A DNA stretch of 64,000 nucleotides from Rebecca billardiae RCC1528 (lineage: Eukaryota > Protista > Haptophyta), in NCBI GenBank assembly GCA_965240325.2, contig OZ251235.1, positions 1,302,001 to 1,366,000 on the forward strand. The letters are read 5' to 3'. Below, piece after piece: positions 36,001-49,186 of this stretch (positions within the stretch are counted from its first letter, which is position 1; each line of letters opens with the position of its first letter). Below the pieces are notes generated by a model that had not been told where the DNA came from, ran no database searches, and saw only the letters and a program-made list of their open reading frames with translations. A program made the translations under genes and the position numbers.

Positions 36001-38184
36001 GTGCGCGCGGACGCGAGGCGCGCGAGCAGCACGTCCGTCGCGGCGGCGAGCTCGCCGGCGGAGGCGCTGCTCGCGTTCGCGCCGCCGCCCACCTGCGCCG
36101 CGCCCTCGAGCGCCCAGCTGAACACCATCGCCGGCTCGAAGCTCGGCGGCCAGCACGGCGCGAGCTGCGCGCGCCCGCTCAGCAGCGTGGGCTCGGAGGC
36201 GCGCGCGCGCAGCTCGGGCGCGCCGTCGATGGCGAGGATCGGGCTGGCGCCGCCGCCGCGCGACACGGGCCACTCGGCGGGCGCGGAGCGCACGCCGAGG
36301 AAGGACGTGACGCGCAGCACGAACACGAACGAGCCGCTCACGCCGAGCTCAGTCGGCGACGCCGCACCGGGCCCGCCGAGCGAGAGCTGAGGCGTGCGCG
36401 CCGGCAGCGCGCTCAGCCGCGCGTTGAGCGACGCCGCGCGCGCCGAGCGGCTCGGGTCGACGCGCCACTCAAAGGTGGCGGGCCCGATGCCGCCGCGCGA
36501 CGAGGCGGAGGCGTCGAGCGCGAGCGACGCGCCCGGGCAAGCCGAGAGCACCGCCGGGCCCGCCACGGCCGCGACGGGCGTCGGGCACGGCACGCCCTCG
36601 CCGCACGGCGCGTCCGCGTCGATGGCGGCGCGCGCGGCGGCGGAGGCGAGGGCGGCGGCGCACGGCGTGCCGCACTGCTCGGGGCGCAGCGCGCCCGCGC
36701 GCACGCCCACCTCCGAGCCGGCGCGCACGAGCGTCGCCGAGCTCAGCCGCGCGACGAGCGTCGAGTCGTCCGTCCAGTAGCACTGCGGCGGCGCGGCCGC
36801 GGCCGCGGCCGCGCCGCCGCCGACCAGCGCGACGGTGTCGTCGTCGAGGACGCGCGAGCACTCGCCCACGCCGCTGCCCATGCCCGCGCGGTCGGTCGGC
36901 TGCGCGTCGAAGCGCAGCACCATCAGCGTCGCCGCGCCGTTGAACGCCGCTCCCTCGAGCACGGGCGCGTGCAGACCGACGAACGTGAACGCGAGCGCGC
37001 CCGCGGGCGGCGGCGTCGCGGCGGCCGCGGGCGTGAACTGCTGGCCGTTGAGCGAGACGCGGAGCTGCGCGCGGCCCGCGGCGCCGTACCGCGTGGAGAC
37101 GACAACCTCGCCCGCCGTGACGCGCGCCGGCGGCTGTGTGGGCGCGTCGCCGAAGCGCACGGCCAGCAGCGCGCCGCCGGCCAGCGCGTCGAAGCCCGCG
37201 CCCACGATCGTCACCTCCGTGCCGCCGTTCGCGTCGCCGCTCGCCGGGCTGACGGAGCCGAGGGTGGGCGGGTCGTACGCGAGGAAGGGCAGCGCCGAGG
37301 CGGTGGTCGAGTCGGCGCTGCCGCCGCCAAGCGAGAGCTCGAGCGCCACGCTGCCCGCCGCGCCGCCCAGCGGCGGCGGCAGCACGCAGCGCGCGCGGCT
37401 CAGGGTTGGCTCCGCCGCCGACGGCGGCAGCAGCGTCGCCGCCGCCGCGCAGCCGCCGCCGCCGCCGAGCACGCAGCACAGCTGGCCCTCGCCGTACTCG
37501 GCAAAGCCCGAGCCCACGAGCGTGACCGCCGTGCCGCCGCCCACCGGCCCGCCCGGCGGGCGCAGCTCGAGCACCGACACGGCCGCCATGTCGTACAGCT
37601 CGAACGAGACCGGGCCGAAGAGCCCGGAGACATCCACGTCCGCGGGCGCGCCCACGGCGCCGAGGGCGAGGCCGACGGTGTACGCGCCCGCGGCGGAGGG
37701 CGCGCCGGACGAGGCGGCGGCGGGCATGGCGCAGCGCAGCCGCGCGTCGCTCAGCACCGTCGCGCCCGAGAGCAGCGGGCCGCCACCGTCCCCACCGCCG
37801 TCGGCGCGCGTGAAAGCACACTGGACCTCGCCAAACTCGCCGCCGGCCAGGCTGTCAAAGCCCGCACCCTCGAGCTCGAGCGCCGCGTCGTCCGAGCCGA
37901 GCGGCGCGCCCTCGCGGCTGCCACTGAGCACGCTCACGCGGATCGCGGGCGGCGGCGGCGGGGGCGGGCTCGGCGGCGGCAGCGGCGGCGGAGAGCTCGG
38001 CGGCGGGTGCGGCGGCAGGCCCGGCGGCGGCGATGGCGGCGGCGACGGCGGTGGCGGCGGTGGCGAGCTGGGCGGTGGTGACGGAGGCGGGCTCGGCGGC
38101 GGGCTCGGCGGCGCCGGCGGCGGGAATGGCTGCGTGCGCGGCGGCGGTGGCGGTGTCGGCGGCACCGGCGGTGGGCGCGGCGGC

Positions 38185-38215
<31 letters not shown>

Positions 38216-41200
38216 TGGGCGGCGGCGTGGGCGGCGCGCTCGGCGGCGCGCTCGGCGGCAGCGATGGCGGCGGCACAGGCGGTGCGAGCGGCGGTGCGGC
38301 TGGCTGGGCAAAAAGTGGTGGCGGGCTCGGCGGCGGGCTCGGCGGCGGTGACGGCGGAGGCGCGGGCGGCGGGCTCGGTGGTGAGGTGGGAGGCGGGCTG
38401 GGCGGCGGCAGAGGCGGTGGTGGGCTCGGTGGCGGGCGCGGTGGTGGCTGGGGCGGCGGCGACGGTGGCAAGCTTGGAGGCGTCGACGGCGGTGGACTCG
38501 GGGGCGGCGATGGCGGTGGCGGGCTTGGTGGAGGGCTTGGCGGCGGCGTTGGTGGCGGAGCCGGCGGAGGTGACGGCGGTGGCTGTGGTGGCGGGGACGG
38601 CGGCGGGCTTGGTGGCGGGCTCGGAGGCGGCGGCGAGGGTGGTGGGCTCGGCGGTGGCGACGGCGGTGGGCTCGGAGGCGGCGATGGCGGTGGCGGGCTT
38701 GGTGGAGGGCTTGGCGGCGGCGTTGGTGGCGGAGCCGGCGGAGGTGACGGCGGTGGCTGTGGTGGCGGGGACGGCGGCGGGCTTGGTGGCGGGCTCGGAG
38801 GCGGCGGCGAGGGTGGTGGGCTCGGCGGTGGCGACGGCGGTGGGCTCGGAGGCGGCGATGGCGGTGGCGGGCTCGGCGGTGGGCTCGGTGGCGGGCTTGG
38901 CGGCGGCGATGGTGGCGGGCTCGGAGGCGGCGGCGCCGGCGGTGGGCTCGGCGGTGGCGACGGCGGTGGGCTCGGAGGCGGCGATGGCGGTGGCGGACTT
39001 GGCGGCGGGCTGGGAGGCGGGCTCGGCGGTGGCGACGGCGGTGGGCGCGGTGGCGGTGGGCTCGGCGGCGGGCTCGGCGGTGGGGTCGGCGGCGGGCTTG
39101 GCGGTGGGCTCGGCGGCGGCGGTGCGGGCGGCGGGCTCGGCGGCGGCGACGGCGGAGGGCTTGGCGGCGGCGACGGCGGTGGCGGACTTGGGGGCGGGCT
39201 CGGAGGCGGGCTCGGTGGTGGCGACGGCGGTGGGCTCGGAGGCGGTGGGCTCGGTGGCGGACTCGGCGGCGCGCTCGGCGGCGGGCTCGGAGGTGGGCTT
39301 GGCGGTGGCGGGCTCGGTGGCGGGCTGGGAGGCGGGCTCGGCGGTGGGCTCGGCGGTGGGCTCGGCGGCGGTGGGCTCGGCGGCGGGCTGGGAGGCGGGC
39401 TCGGCGGCGGGCTCGGCGGCGGGCTCGGCGGTGGCGGGCTCGGTGGCGGGCTCGGCGGCATGCTCGGAGGTGGGCTCGGCGGTGGCGATGGCGGTGGCGG
39501 GCTCGGAGGCGGGCTCGGTGGCGCGCTCGGCGGTGGGCTGGGCGGTGGCGACGGTGGCGGTGGGCTTGGGGGCGGGCTGGGGGGCGGGCTCGGCGGTGGC
39601 GACGGCGGTGGGCTCGGCGGCGGCGGGCTTGGCGGCGGGCTCGGAGGTGGGCTTGGCGGTGGCGATGGCGGTGGGCTCGGAGGCGGCGGGCTTGGGGGTG
39701 GGCTTGGTGGAGGCGACGGCGGCGGGCTCGGAGGCGGCGATGGCGGTGGTGGGCTCGGCGGCGGGCTCGGCGGCGGGCTTGGCGGAGGCGACGGTGGTGG
39801 GCTCGGTGGCGGCGGGCTTGGCGGTGGGCTTGGCGGTGGGCTTGGCGGCGGCGATGGTGGCGGGCTTGGTGGCGGCGGGCTAGGCGGCGGGCTGGGTGGC
39901 GAGCTCGGAGGCGGGCTGGGCGGTGGCGACGGCGGCGGGGGGCTGGGCGGCGGGCTGGGCGGCGGCAAAGGCGGTGGGCTCGGAGGCGGCGATGGTGGCG
40001 GCGGGCTTGGCGGTGGGCTCGGCGGCGGGCTCGGTGGCGGCGACGGTGGCGGTGATGGAGGCGGCGGGCTTGGCGGTGGGCTGGGTGGCGGCGGGCTCGG
40101 TGGCGGGCTTGGCGGTGGTGATGGCGGCGGACTTGGCGGCGGCGATGGCGGTGGCGGGCTCGGCGGAGGGCTGGGCGGTGGCGACGGTGGCGGCGACGGT
40201 GGCGGCGATGGTGGCGGCGGACTCGGCGGTGGGCTTGGCGGCGGTGAAGGTGGCGGGCTCGGTGGCGGGCTCGGAGGCGGCGGGCTCGGCGGCGGGCTCG
40301 GTGGCGGTGATGGCGGTGGGCTCGGCGGCGGGCTCGGCGGCGGCGGGCTGGGAGGCGGGCTCGGCGGCGGCGAAGGCGGTGGCCTCGGCGGAGGGGACGG
40401 TGGCGGTGGGCTGGGCGGCGGGCTCGGCGGCGGGCTCGGCGGTGGCGATGGCGGCGGGCTCGGCGGTGGCGGGCTCGGAGGCGGGCTCGGTGGTGGCGAG
40501 GGCGGCGGGGAGGGCGGTGGGCTCGGCGGTGGTGGGCTTGGCGGCGGGCTCGGTGGCGGCGACGGTGGTGGACTCGGTGGCGGCGACGGCGGCGGCGGGC
40601 TTGGCGGCGGGCTCGGCGGCGGGCTCGGCGGTGGCGATGGCGGCGGGCTCGGCGGTGGCGGGCTGGGCGGCGGGCGGGGTGGCGGCGACGGCGGCGGGCT
40701 GGGGGGCGGCGACGGCGGCGGCGGGCTTGGCGGCGGTGATGGTGGCGGCGAGGGCGGCGGGCTGGGTGGCGGCGAGGGCGGCGGGCTGGGTGGCGGCGAG
40801 GGCGGCGGGCTGGGTGGCGGCGAGGGCGGCGGGCTGGGTGGTGGCGAGGGCGGTGGGCTCGGCGGCGGCGACGGCGGCGGTGGGCTCGGCGGCGGGCTTG
40901 GCGGCGGGCTGGGCGGCGGCGACGGCGGCGGGCTCGGAGGTGGCGGGCTCGGCGGTGGGCTCGGCGGTGGCGATGGTGGTGGACTGGGTGGCGGGCTAGG
41001 AGGCGGCGGGCTCGGCGGCGGGCTGGGTGGCGGCGATGGCGGCGGGCTGGGCGGCGGCGACGGCGGCGGCGGGCTTGGCGGCGGTGCTGGTGGCGGCGAG
41101 GGCGGCGGGCTGGGTGGCGGCGACGGCGGCGGGCTGGGTGGCGGCGAGGGCGGCGGGCTGGGTGGTGGCGAGGGCGGCGGGCTGGGCGGGGGCGAGGGCG

Positions 41201-44200
41201 GTGGGCTCGGCGGCGGCGACGGCGGCGGTGGGCTCGGCGGCGGACTGGGCGGCGGGCTGGGCGGCGGCGACGGCGGCGGGCTCGGAGGCGGCGGGCTCGG
41301 CGGCGGGCTCGGCGGCAGCGACGGCGGCGGGCTCGGCGGCGGTGACGGCGGCGGCGGGCTCGGCGGTGGGCTTGGCGGTGGCGATGGTGGTGGACTGGGT
41401 GGCGGGCTGGGAGGCGGCGGGCTGGGCGGCGGGCTGGGAGGCGGTGACGGCGGCGGGCTGGGGGGCGGCGACGGCGGCGGCGGGCTTGGCGGCGGTGATG
41501 GGGGCGGCGAGGGCGGCGGGCTGGGTGGCGGCGACGGCGGCGGGCTGGGTGGCGGCGAGGGCGGCGGGCTGGGTGGTTGCGAGGGCGGCGGGCTGGGCGG
41601 GGGCGAGGGCGGTGGGCTCGGCGGCGGCGACGGCGGCGGCGGGCTCGGCGGCGGACTGGGCGGCGGGCTGGGCGGCGGCGACGGCGGCGGGCTCGGAGGT
41701 GGCGGGCTCGGCGGCGGGCTCGGCGGCGGCGACGGCGGCGGGCTCGGCGGCGGTGACGGCGGCGGCGGGCTCGGCGGTGGGCTTGGCGGTGGCGATGGTG
41801 GTGGACTGGGTGGCGGGCTGGGAGGCGGCGGGCTCGGCGGCGGGCTGGGTGGCGGCGACGGCGGCGGGCTGGGGGGCGGCGACGGCGGCGGCGGGCTTGG
41901 CGGCGGTGATGGTGGCGGCGAGGGCGGCGGGCTGGGTGGCGGCGAGGGCGGCGGGCTGGGTGGCGGCGAGGGCGGCGGGCTGGGTGGTGGCGAGGGCGGC
42001 GGGCTGGGTGGTGGCGAGGGCGGTGGGCTCGGCGGCGGCGACGGCGGCGGCGGGCTCGGCGGCGGGCTGGGAGGCGGGCTGGGCGGCGGCGACGGCGGCG
42101 GGCTCGGAGGCGGCGGGCTCGGCGGCGGGCTCGGAGGCGGCGACGGTGGCGGGCTCGGCGGTGGTGACGGAGGCGGCGGGCTCGGCGGTGGCGATGGCGG
42201 CGGGCTGGGGGGTGGTGACGGCGGCGGGCTCGGTGGCGGCGGGCTCGGCGGCGGGCTCGGCGGCGGCGACGGCGGCGGGCTCGGCGGCGGCGACGGTGGT
42301 GGCGGGCTCGGCGGCGGCGACGGCGGCGGTGCTGGCGGCGGGCTGGGCGGCGGTGATGGCGGCGGGCTGGGCGGCGGCGACGGCGGCGGGCTCGGCGGTG
42401 GCGAAGGCGGCGGCGGGCTGGGCGGTGGCGATGGCGGCGGGCTGGGCGGTGGCGATGGTGGTGGCGATGGCGGCGGTGGGCTAGGTGGCGGGCTCGGTGG
42501 CGGGCTCGGTGGCGGGCTCGGTGGTGGGCTCGGCGGGGGCGGGCTCGGCGGCGGGCTTGGCGGCGGGCTCGGCGGCGGCGAGGGCGGCGGGCTCGGTGGC
42601 GGCGAGGGTGGTGGGCTCGGCGGAGGCGAGGGCGGCGGGCTCGGCGGCGGGCGTGGCGGCGGGCTGGGCGGAGGCGAGGGTGGGGGGCTCGGGGGCGGCG
42701 GGCTCGGCGGTGGGCTCGGCGGCGGACTCGGTGGCGGGCTCGGCGGCGGGCTCGGCGGCGGCGGGCTCGGCGGCGGGCTCGGCGGTGGGCTTGGCGGCGG
42801 GCTCGGCGGCGGCGATGGAGGCGGGCTCGGCGGCGGGCTCGGCGGCGGGCTCGGCGGCGGGCTGGGTGGAGGCGAGGGCGGCGGGCTCGGCGGTGGCGAT
42901 GGTGGCGGGCTCGGCGGCGGCGGGCTCGGCGGCGGGCTCGGCGGCGGCGCGGGTGGCGGGCTGGGCGGAGGGCTCGGCGGCGGCGGGCTGGGCGGTGGGC
43001 TCGGCGGTGGCGATGGAGGCGGGGCAGGCGGCGGCGCGGGCGGCGGGCTCGGCGGCGGGCTCGGCGGCGACGCTGGCGGCGGCGAGGGTGGCGGCAAGGG
43101 GGGCGGTGGACTTGGCGGCGGCGCGGGAGGTGGGCTGGGCGGCGGGCTCGGCGGCGGGCCCGGCGGCGGCGATGGCGGCGGGCTCGGCGGCGGCGATGGC
43201 GGCGGGCTCGGCGGCGGCGAGGGTGGCGGGCTCGGCGGCGGCGATGGCGGCGGGCTCGGCGGCGGCGAGGGTGGCGGGCTTGGCGGCGGCGACGGCGGTG
43301 GGCTCGGCGGCGGCGGGCTCGGTGGGGGGCTCGGCGGCGGGGCCGGCGGCGGCGATGGCGGCGGGCTTGGTGGCGGGCCGGGCGGCGGGCTCGGCGGCGG
43401 CGATGGCGGCGGCGACGGTGGCGGGCTGGGCGGAGGTGGGCTCGGCGGCGGGCTCGGCGGCGGGCTCGGCGGCTGCGCGGGCGGCGGGCTGGGTGGCGGC
43501 GCCGGCGGCGGCGGGCTCGGCGGCGGCGTCGGCGGTGGCGCCGGCGGCGGGCTCGGCGGTGGGCTCGGCGGTGGGCTGGGCGGTGGGACTGGCGGCGGCG
43601 GGCTTGGCGGCGGGAGCGGCGGCGGTGGGCTCGGCGGCGGCGCTGGCGGGGAGGGCGGGCTCGACGGCGGCGAGGGCGGGTACGGCGGCGGCGAGTTGCA
43701 CGTCGGCAGCTGCTCGGGTGCAGGCACCAGCACCTCGTCCGGGACCACCGCCGCGCCGCAGATCGCGGTGCCCGTCCAGTCGAACTCGGCGAGCTGGGCG
43801 AGGCCTGCGAGCGAGGCGGGAATTGTACCGACCACGCCGGAGTTGTACTCGAGGCTGATGAGCGTGACCGCGCTCAGGGCGCCGAGCTCCGAGGGGAGGT
43901 AGCCGCTGAGCGAGTTGGACGCCACGTCGAGCTCGGTGAGCAGCGTGAGCGCGCCCAGCTCGGACGGCAGCGTGCCCGCCAGCGAGGTGCCCTCGAGATC
44001 GAGCACCGCCAGAGAGGCGCTCAGGTTGAGCAGCAGAGCACCGGGCAGCGCGCCGGTGAACGAGTTGTGCCGCAGGTCCAGCTTGGTGAGCAGCGGCCAG
44101 TGGCCGATCGCCTCGGGCAGCGTGCCGCTGAAGGACTGGAAGGGCACCTCGAACAGCGTCAGTGCCGTGAGCGCCTCGAGGATCGCACCGGGCAGCGTGC

Positions 44201-47200
44201 CGTTGAAGCCTTCCCCGCCGCCGAGCCCAAACGTCTCGAGCTTGGTCTTCCCGTTGATCAGCTCGGCCGGCAGCGGCCCGACGAGCGAGTTCCACGACAT
44301 GTCCAGCTCGAGCAGGTCGGGGCTGAAGCCGCCGAGCTCCGTCGGCAGCGTGCCGTTGAACGAGTTGCTGCGGATCTTGAACCGCTCCAGCGCGGAGAGG
44401 AGGCCGAGCTCGGTGGGCAAAGTGCCGGTGAAGGAGTTCTCGTCGATTCCCAGCTTGGAGAGCTGACCCCAGGCCACGCCCAGCTCGGTCGGCACCGTGC
44501 CCGCCAGCCAGTTGTCGCGCAGGCTGAAGTCGGTGAGCGCGGTGAGGAGCGTGAGCGACGCGCTCGCCTGCAGCCGGTTCTCGTACAAGGTCAGCGTCGT
44601 CAGGTTGCCCAGCTGGAACCAGCCGTACTCGGTCGGGACCGTGCCGGTGAGCGTGTTGGTGCGGACGTTCAGCTCCGTCAGGCCGCCAATCTGGCCGAGC
44701 TCGGTGGGCAGGCTGCCGGTGAGCGAGTTGCGATTCAGGACGAGCTTGGTGAGCGCGCTGAGCAGGCCGAGCGCGGTCGGCACCGTGCCCGTGAAGCTGT
44801 TCTGCTGCATCTGCAGGCTCAGGAGCGAGGTGAGGTTGGCAGCCCAGGGCGCAGCCGCGGCATCGAGCGAGCCCGTCAGCGCGTTGTTCTGCAGGCGCAG
44901 CTCGGTGAGGGCGCCGAGCGCGGCCAGCTCGGTGGGCACCGGGCCCGTGAGCGAGTTGGCGTGGGCCTGCAGCCTCGTCACCGCGCTACACAGCCCCAGC
45001 TCCGTGGGCAGCGTGCCCACGAGGCTGTTCTTCCACCAGTTGATGCTGGTCAGCGCAGTGAGCGTGCCCACCTCCGTGGGGATCGTGCCCGTCAGGCCGG
45101 CAGCGGAGAAGTGCGCCGTAGTGCAGCTCGGCGGGTCCGCCAGGCAGGCCTCCAGAGCCGCGCGCAGAGTGGGCGCGGGCGGCGGCGATGGTGGCGGGTT
45201 GGGCGGCGGGCTGGGAGGCGGCGCGGGTGGCGGTGGGCCCGGCGGCGGGCTCGGCGGCGGCGCCGGCGGTGGTGGGCTGGGCGGCGGGAGTGGTGGCGCC
45301 GAGGGTGGCGGTGGAGACGGCGGTGGGCTCGGCGGCGGCGGCGACGGCGGCGGGCTAGGTGGCGGGCTGGGTGGTGGCAGGGGCGGCGGAGGGCTCGGCG
45401 GAGGGCTCGGCGGCGGGCTCGGCGGCGGGCTCGGCGGCGGGCTTGGCGGCGGGCTCGGCGGCGAGCTCGGCGGTGGTGGGCTCGGCGGCGGGCTCGGCGG
45501 CGGGCTCGGCGGCGGGCTCGGCGGCGGGCTCGGTGGCGGGCTCGGCGGCGGGCTCGGCGGCGGACTCGGCGGCCGGCTCGGTGGCGGGCTCGGCGGCGGG
45601 CTTGGCGGTGGGCTCGGCGGCGGGCTCGGCGGTGGTGGGCTCGGCGGCGGGCTTGGCGGCGGGCTCGGCGGCGGGCTCGGCGGCGGGCTCGGCGGCGGGC
45701 TCGGCGGCGGGTTCGGCGGCGGGCTCGGCGGCGGGCTCGGCGGCGGGCTTGGCGGCGGGCTCGGCGGTGGGATCGGCGGCGGGCTCGGCGGCGGGCTCGG
45801 CGGCGGGCTCGGCGGCGGGCTCGGCGGCGGTGCTGGTGGCGGGCTCGGCGGCGGGCTCGGCGGTGGCGGGCTCGGAGGCGGGCTCGGCGGCGGGCTCGGC
45901 GGCGGGCTCGGCGGCAGGTTCGGCGGCGGGCTCGGCGGCGGGCTCGGCGGCGGGCTCGGCGGCGGGCTCGGCGGCGGTCTTGGCGGCGGGCTCGGCGGCG
46001 GGCTCGGCGGCGGGCTTGGCGGCGGGCTTGGCGGCGGGCTCGGCGGGGGTGGGCTCGGCGGCGGGCTCGGCGGCGGGCTCGGCGGCGGGCTCGGCGGCGG
46101 GCTCGGCGGCGGGCTCGGCGGCGGGCTCGGCGGCGGGCTCGGCGGCGGCGGGCTCGGCGGCGGGCTCGGCGGCGGGCTCGGCGGCGGGCTCGGCGGCGGG
46201 CTCGGCGGCGGGCTCGGCGGCGGGCTCGGCGGCGGGCTCGGCGGAGGCGACGGCGGAGGGCTCGGTGGCGGGCTCGGCGGCGGGCTCGGCGGCGGGCCCG
46301 GCGGTGGTGGGCTCGGCGGCGGGCTCGGCGGGTTTGGGCAGGACGGGAACGAGTTTGGCTGCACCGCTGCCACGACCTCGTCGCCGCACACGGAAGTCCC
46401 GCTCACGTCAAAATCGGTGAGGGCAGCCATCAGCGACAGCTCCGTCGGGATCGTCCCCGCAATGGCCGAGTTGTTCGCCAGCTGGACGTACTTCAAAGCC
46501 GTGAGCCGTGAGAGCTCGGTCGGCAGCGGGCCTGTGAGCAGGTTCTGCTCCGCCCGGAAGAAGTTGACGAGGCGCGTGAGGTGCCCGATCTCGGTGGGCA
46601 GGGTGCCCGTCAGCGAGTTGGTGTCGATGCGCACCTTCACCAGCAGCGGGAAGCTGGTGGCCAGCTCGGTCGGGAGGGGGCCGGTGAGACTGTTGCCGTG
46701 CAGCCGCAGCAACGTCGTGCTGTCGAGCACCGACCAGCCCGTGTCATTGAGCCGGCCCTTGAACTTGTTGAACTGCACCTCTAGGTGGTTGAGGTCGCTC
46801 ATCGTCTGCAGCGGGCCTGGCAGTGTGCCCGTCAGGTCGTTGGAAAAGAGGCTGAGCTCCGTGAGGGCGGTGAGCTCAGCCATCTCGGTTGGCACGCCTC
46901 CGGTAAGGTCGCACTTGCTCAGGTCGAGCCGCGTGAGCGCCGTCAGCAGGCCCAACTCGGTCGGCAAGTTCCCATTGAGCAGCGGGTGGTTGGGCAGCCT
47001 GAGAAAGGTCAGCGCAGTCAGCGTGCCAATCGACGTGGGGATCGTGCTCGACAGGCTCCCGTCCGTTATCACCAGCGAGAGGCACGCAAGTGGGGCTGCG
47101 ATGCACGTGGTGTACGCGGTGCTGTCGGCGAGCGCAACATAGGCCGCGTCCGCCCCGTCGGGCCTTGCCAACAGGAGCAACGCCCAAGCTGTGATGCGAC

Positions 47201-47246
47201 GCATCTCCGCGGGGAGCGAGTCGTGGACCCACCTCGCTGGGTCCAC
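30027..47246 (-). CDS. Giant polycystin-1-like surface receptor: signal peptide, LRR, (SPPP)n, LRR, long (SPPP)n, IPT, REJ, GPS, 5 TM, IQ motif, EF-hand pair
   Basis: Uninterrupted 5739-aa ORF (likely start 47204). LxGxxPxExxxL LRRs; AVIAGGDR/DASASFDPD/NRPPYGG REJ motifs; GPS CVWWD...W...GC...CACTHLTDFA; IQ AARTLQRIARGR; EF loops DADGNGYVDETE and DADGDGAISFTE. Confidence 0.9.
37950..43690 (-). repeat. Coding extensin-like (Ser-Pro3/4)n tract, approx. 1900 aa
   Basis: GGCGGCGGGCTC-type repeats on the + strand with a recurrent 21-aa (63-nt) period. A second tract lies at about 45175-46335. Confidence 0.95.
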
Positions 47247-47761
47247 TCGTCACCGGGTAAAAACCCCAACTAGATTGTATGTGTTAAATGATAAATCATA
47301 GCGTGGGTGCACACTCAACCAATATTCAAAGGACCCAACCGAATCCCTGAATACTGTACTTAAACCACATATCGCGGGGTGTACTGTATGATATATATAG
47401 CCGCCCATATATATAGTATCGTGGTCTGAACCCCCTGATGACGCACAACACACTTTTACCTGATGCTCCCCCCCCGACTCCTCTACCATATTTGCAAATA
47501 CGACATTGTTCGCGCGCGAGGCGTCCAATCTTCGTATGTGCGAAATCGTTTACTTTCATACAAACGGTCCTCCTAGGACAACCTACAAGAATGTGTGGAG
47601 AGGTACTCACTCGCATATGCCATTCGTGCTATCCTATGCCGTGCGGAACGCCTTGCCGTTTCGATAACCGACCACGAGCATCCGCGGTGCACCCCGAGTT
47701 TTTGCTGACGACGAGACGTGTGGCCCTCGCGGCCCTGGCCGGCGCAACGGCGGTGGCCGCG

Positions 47762-49156
47762 ATGGCCGAAAAACCGCCGAAGCCGCCGAGCCCGGCCGCG
47801 CTTGTCCTCGAAGCTCTTTGCCGTACGTCGGCCTGCGTCCCAGAGTGGATGCACGGCCCACGAGAGGAGGTCCAGCGTGCAATTCCGTTCGCACGTGGCG
47901 TGGTCCGGCGTGAATCGGCCGGGATGCCGACGGAGCCGCTCGCGACGCGCGGGCTGCACATGGCGGGCGTCGACCCCCTCGACGCGACGGAGACGCACAT
48001 CGCCATGTTCACACGCGCGCTGCGCCGCACGCCCGCGCACATGCCCGACGCTCGTGCGTGCGTCTGGCGCGCGCTGCGCGAGGCGCAGGGCCGTCCCCGC
48101 CCGGTGCCCGCTAGGCGACAGCCGCGCGCGACGCGCGGGCTCGATTTGCCGGGTGTCGACGCCTCCGACGAGACGGGCACCCAGATTGCTGTGCTCGAGC
48201 GCGTCACACGCGCCGTGCCCGCGCACATGCATCACGTTCTCGCACGCGCGCAACGCGCGCTGGACGTGGCACGCCGGCGTGCCGTTGCCGAGCAGCAACA
48301 CGCGCTCACGGACGCGCGCACACGCGATCGGGCGCTGGCCACGGAGGCGCGCCTGGCGAGGCGACGCGCGCGCGCGGCACAAGCGCAGCGCGCACGTGAG
48401 CGCGTGCGCGCACGCGCCCGCCGAAGCGGAGCTGGCCGGCATGTGTTCGCGCAAGGGCGCCAGCGCATCTTTGGTGGCGGCGGCCGGGAGCGCACGCGCA
48501 GGCGGCGAGGCCGCAGCGGGTCCAAATCTCGGAGCCGGCCGTCACGCGCCTCGCCCGGCGCACGCGCGGGCGAGCGTCCGGCCGCACCGCGCCAAGCCAA
48601 CCTCAACAAGGCTTCTATCATGCGCAAGGCGATCGCCGAGCAGCGCCGCGCGCTCGACGGTGTGCGCGCAGCAGTGGAGCTCGCGGACGGTGGTGGGGCA
48701 GAGGGCGCACGACGCGAGGCGTGGGTCGCGAGCGTGCGCGCCGCGTGCTCGGCGTTGCGCGTGCCCGACGCTCGCACGCTCGTCTCCACCGACGACGTCG
48801 CGCTGCTCGACGTGGCGATGACGACCATCGCGCGCGCTTGGCTGCTCCGACACAGCCGCGCGCCGCCACTGCATCTGCTCGAGGCACCAGCCGCGGCTGA
48901 GCTGCGAGCGCTCTCCGCTGTCGCTCGCGCCTCGAAGGCGGAATCGGGCTGGCGAGACGTGGCGTTTGCCGTCGCTCACGCGCGGCTACGACGCCAGCGG
49001 GCCGCGCGCGCCATCCAACGGCGCGCACGCCCGCTCTGGCGCATCCGCGGCACCGCCGCTGGCGCGAGTAGACCTCCCTTGACTGTACTGTCGTTACGTT
49101 CCATGATGGCCACGCTTCGCCCCCGAGGGCGCGAGGCGGCGGCGCCGCGTGCGTAG
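47762..49156 (+). CDS. Hypothetical protein with an internal duplicated domain and basic region (possibly TE-derived)
   Basis: RGLHMAGVDPLDATETHIAMFTRALRRTPAHM repeated as RGLDLPGVDASDETGTQIAVLERVTRAVPAHM. Confidence 0.45.
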   Translation: MAEKPPKPPSPAALVLEALCRTSACVPEWMHGPREEVQRAIPFARGVVRRESAGMPTEPLATRGLHMAGVDPLDATETHIAMFTRALRRTPAHMPDARACVWRALREAQGRPRPVPARRQPRATRGLDLPGVDASDETGTQIAVLERVTRAVPAHMHHVLARAQRALDVARRRAVAEQQHALTDARTRDRALATEARLARRRARAAQAQRARERVRARARRSGAGRHVFAQGRQRIFGGGGRERTRRRRGRSGSKSRSRPSRASPGARAGERPAAPRQANLNKASIMRKAIAEQRRALDGVRAAVELADGGGAEGARREAWVASVRAACSALRVPDARTLVSTDDVALLDVAMTTIARAWLLRHSRAPPLHLLEAPAAAELRALSAVARASKAESGWRDVAFAVAHARLRRQRAARAIQRRARPLWRIRGTAAGASRPPLTVLSLRSMMATLRPRGREAAAPRA

Positions 49157-49186
49157 GCACGACCCCCACAACCTGCGCGGGCGCGC

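Noticed and set aside
36835-47142. Gly-rich 2355-aa and 881-aa plus-strand ORFs, and AEPA-repeat ORFs
   Set aside because: Antisense or shifted readings of the Ser-Pro repeat of the minus-strand receptor.
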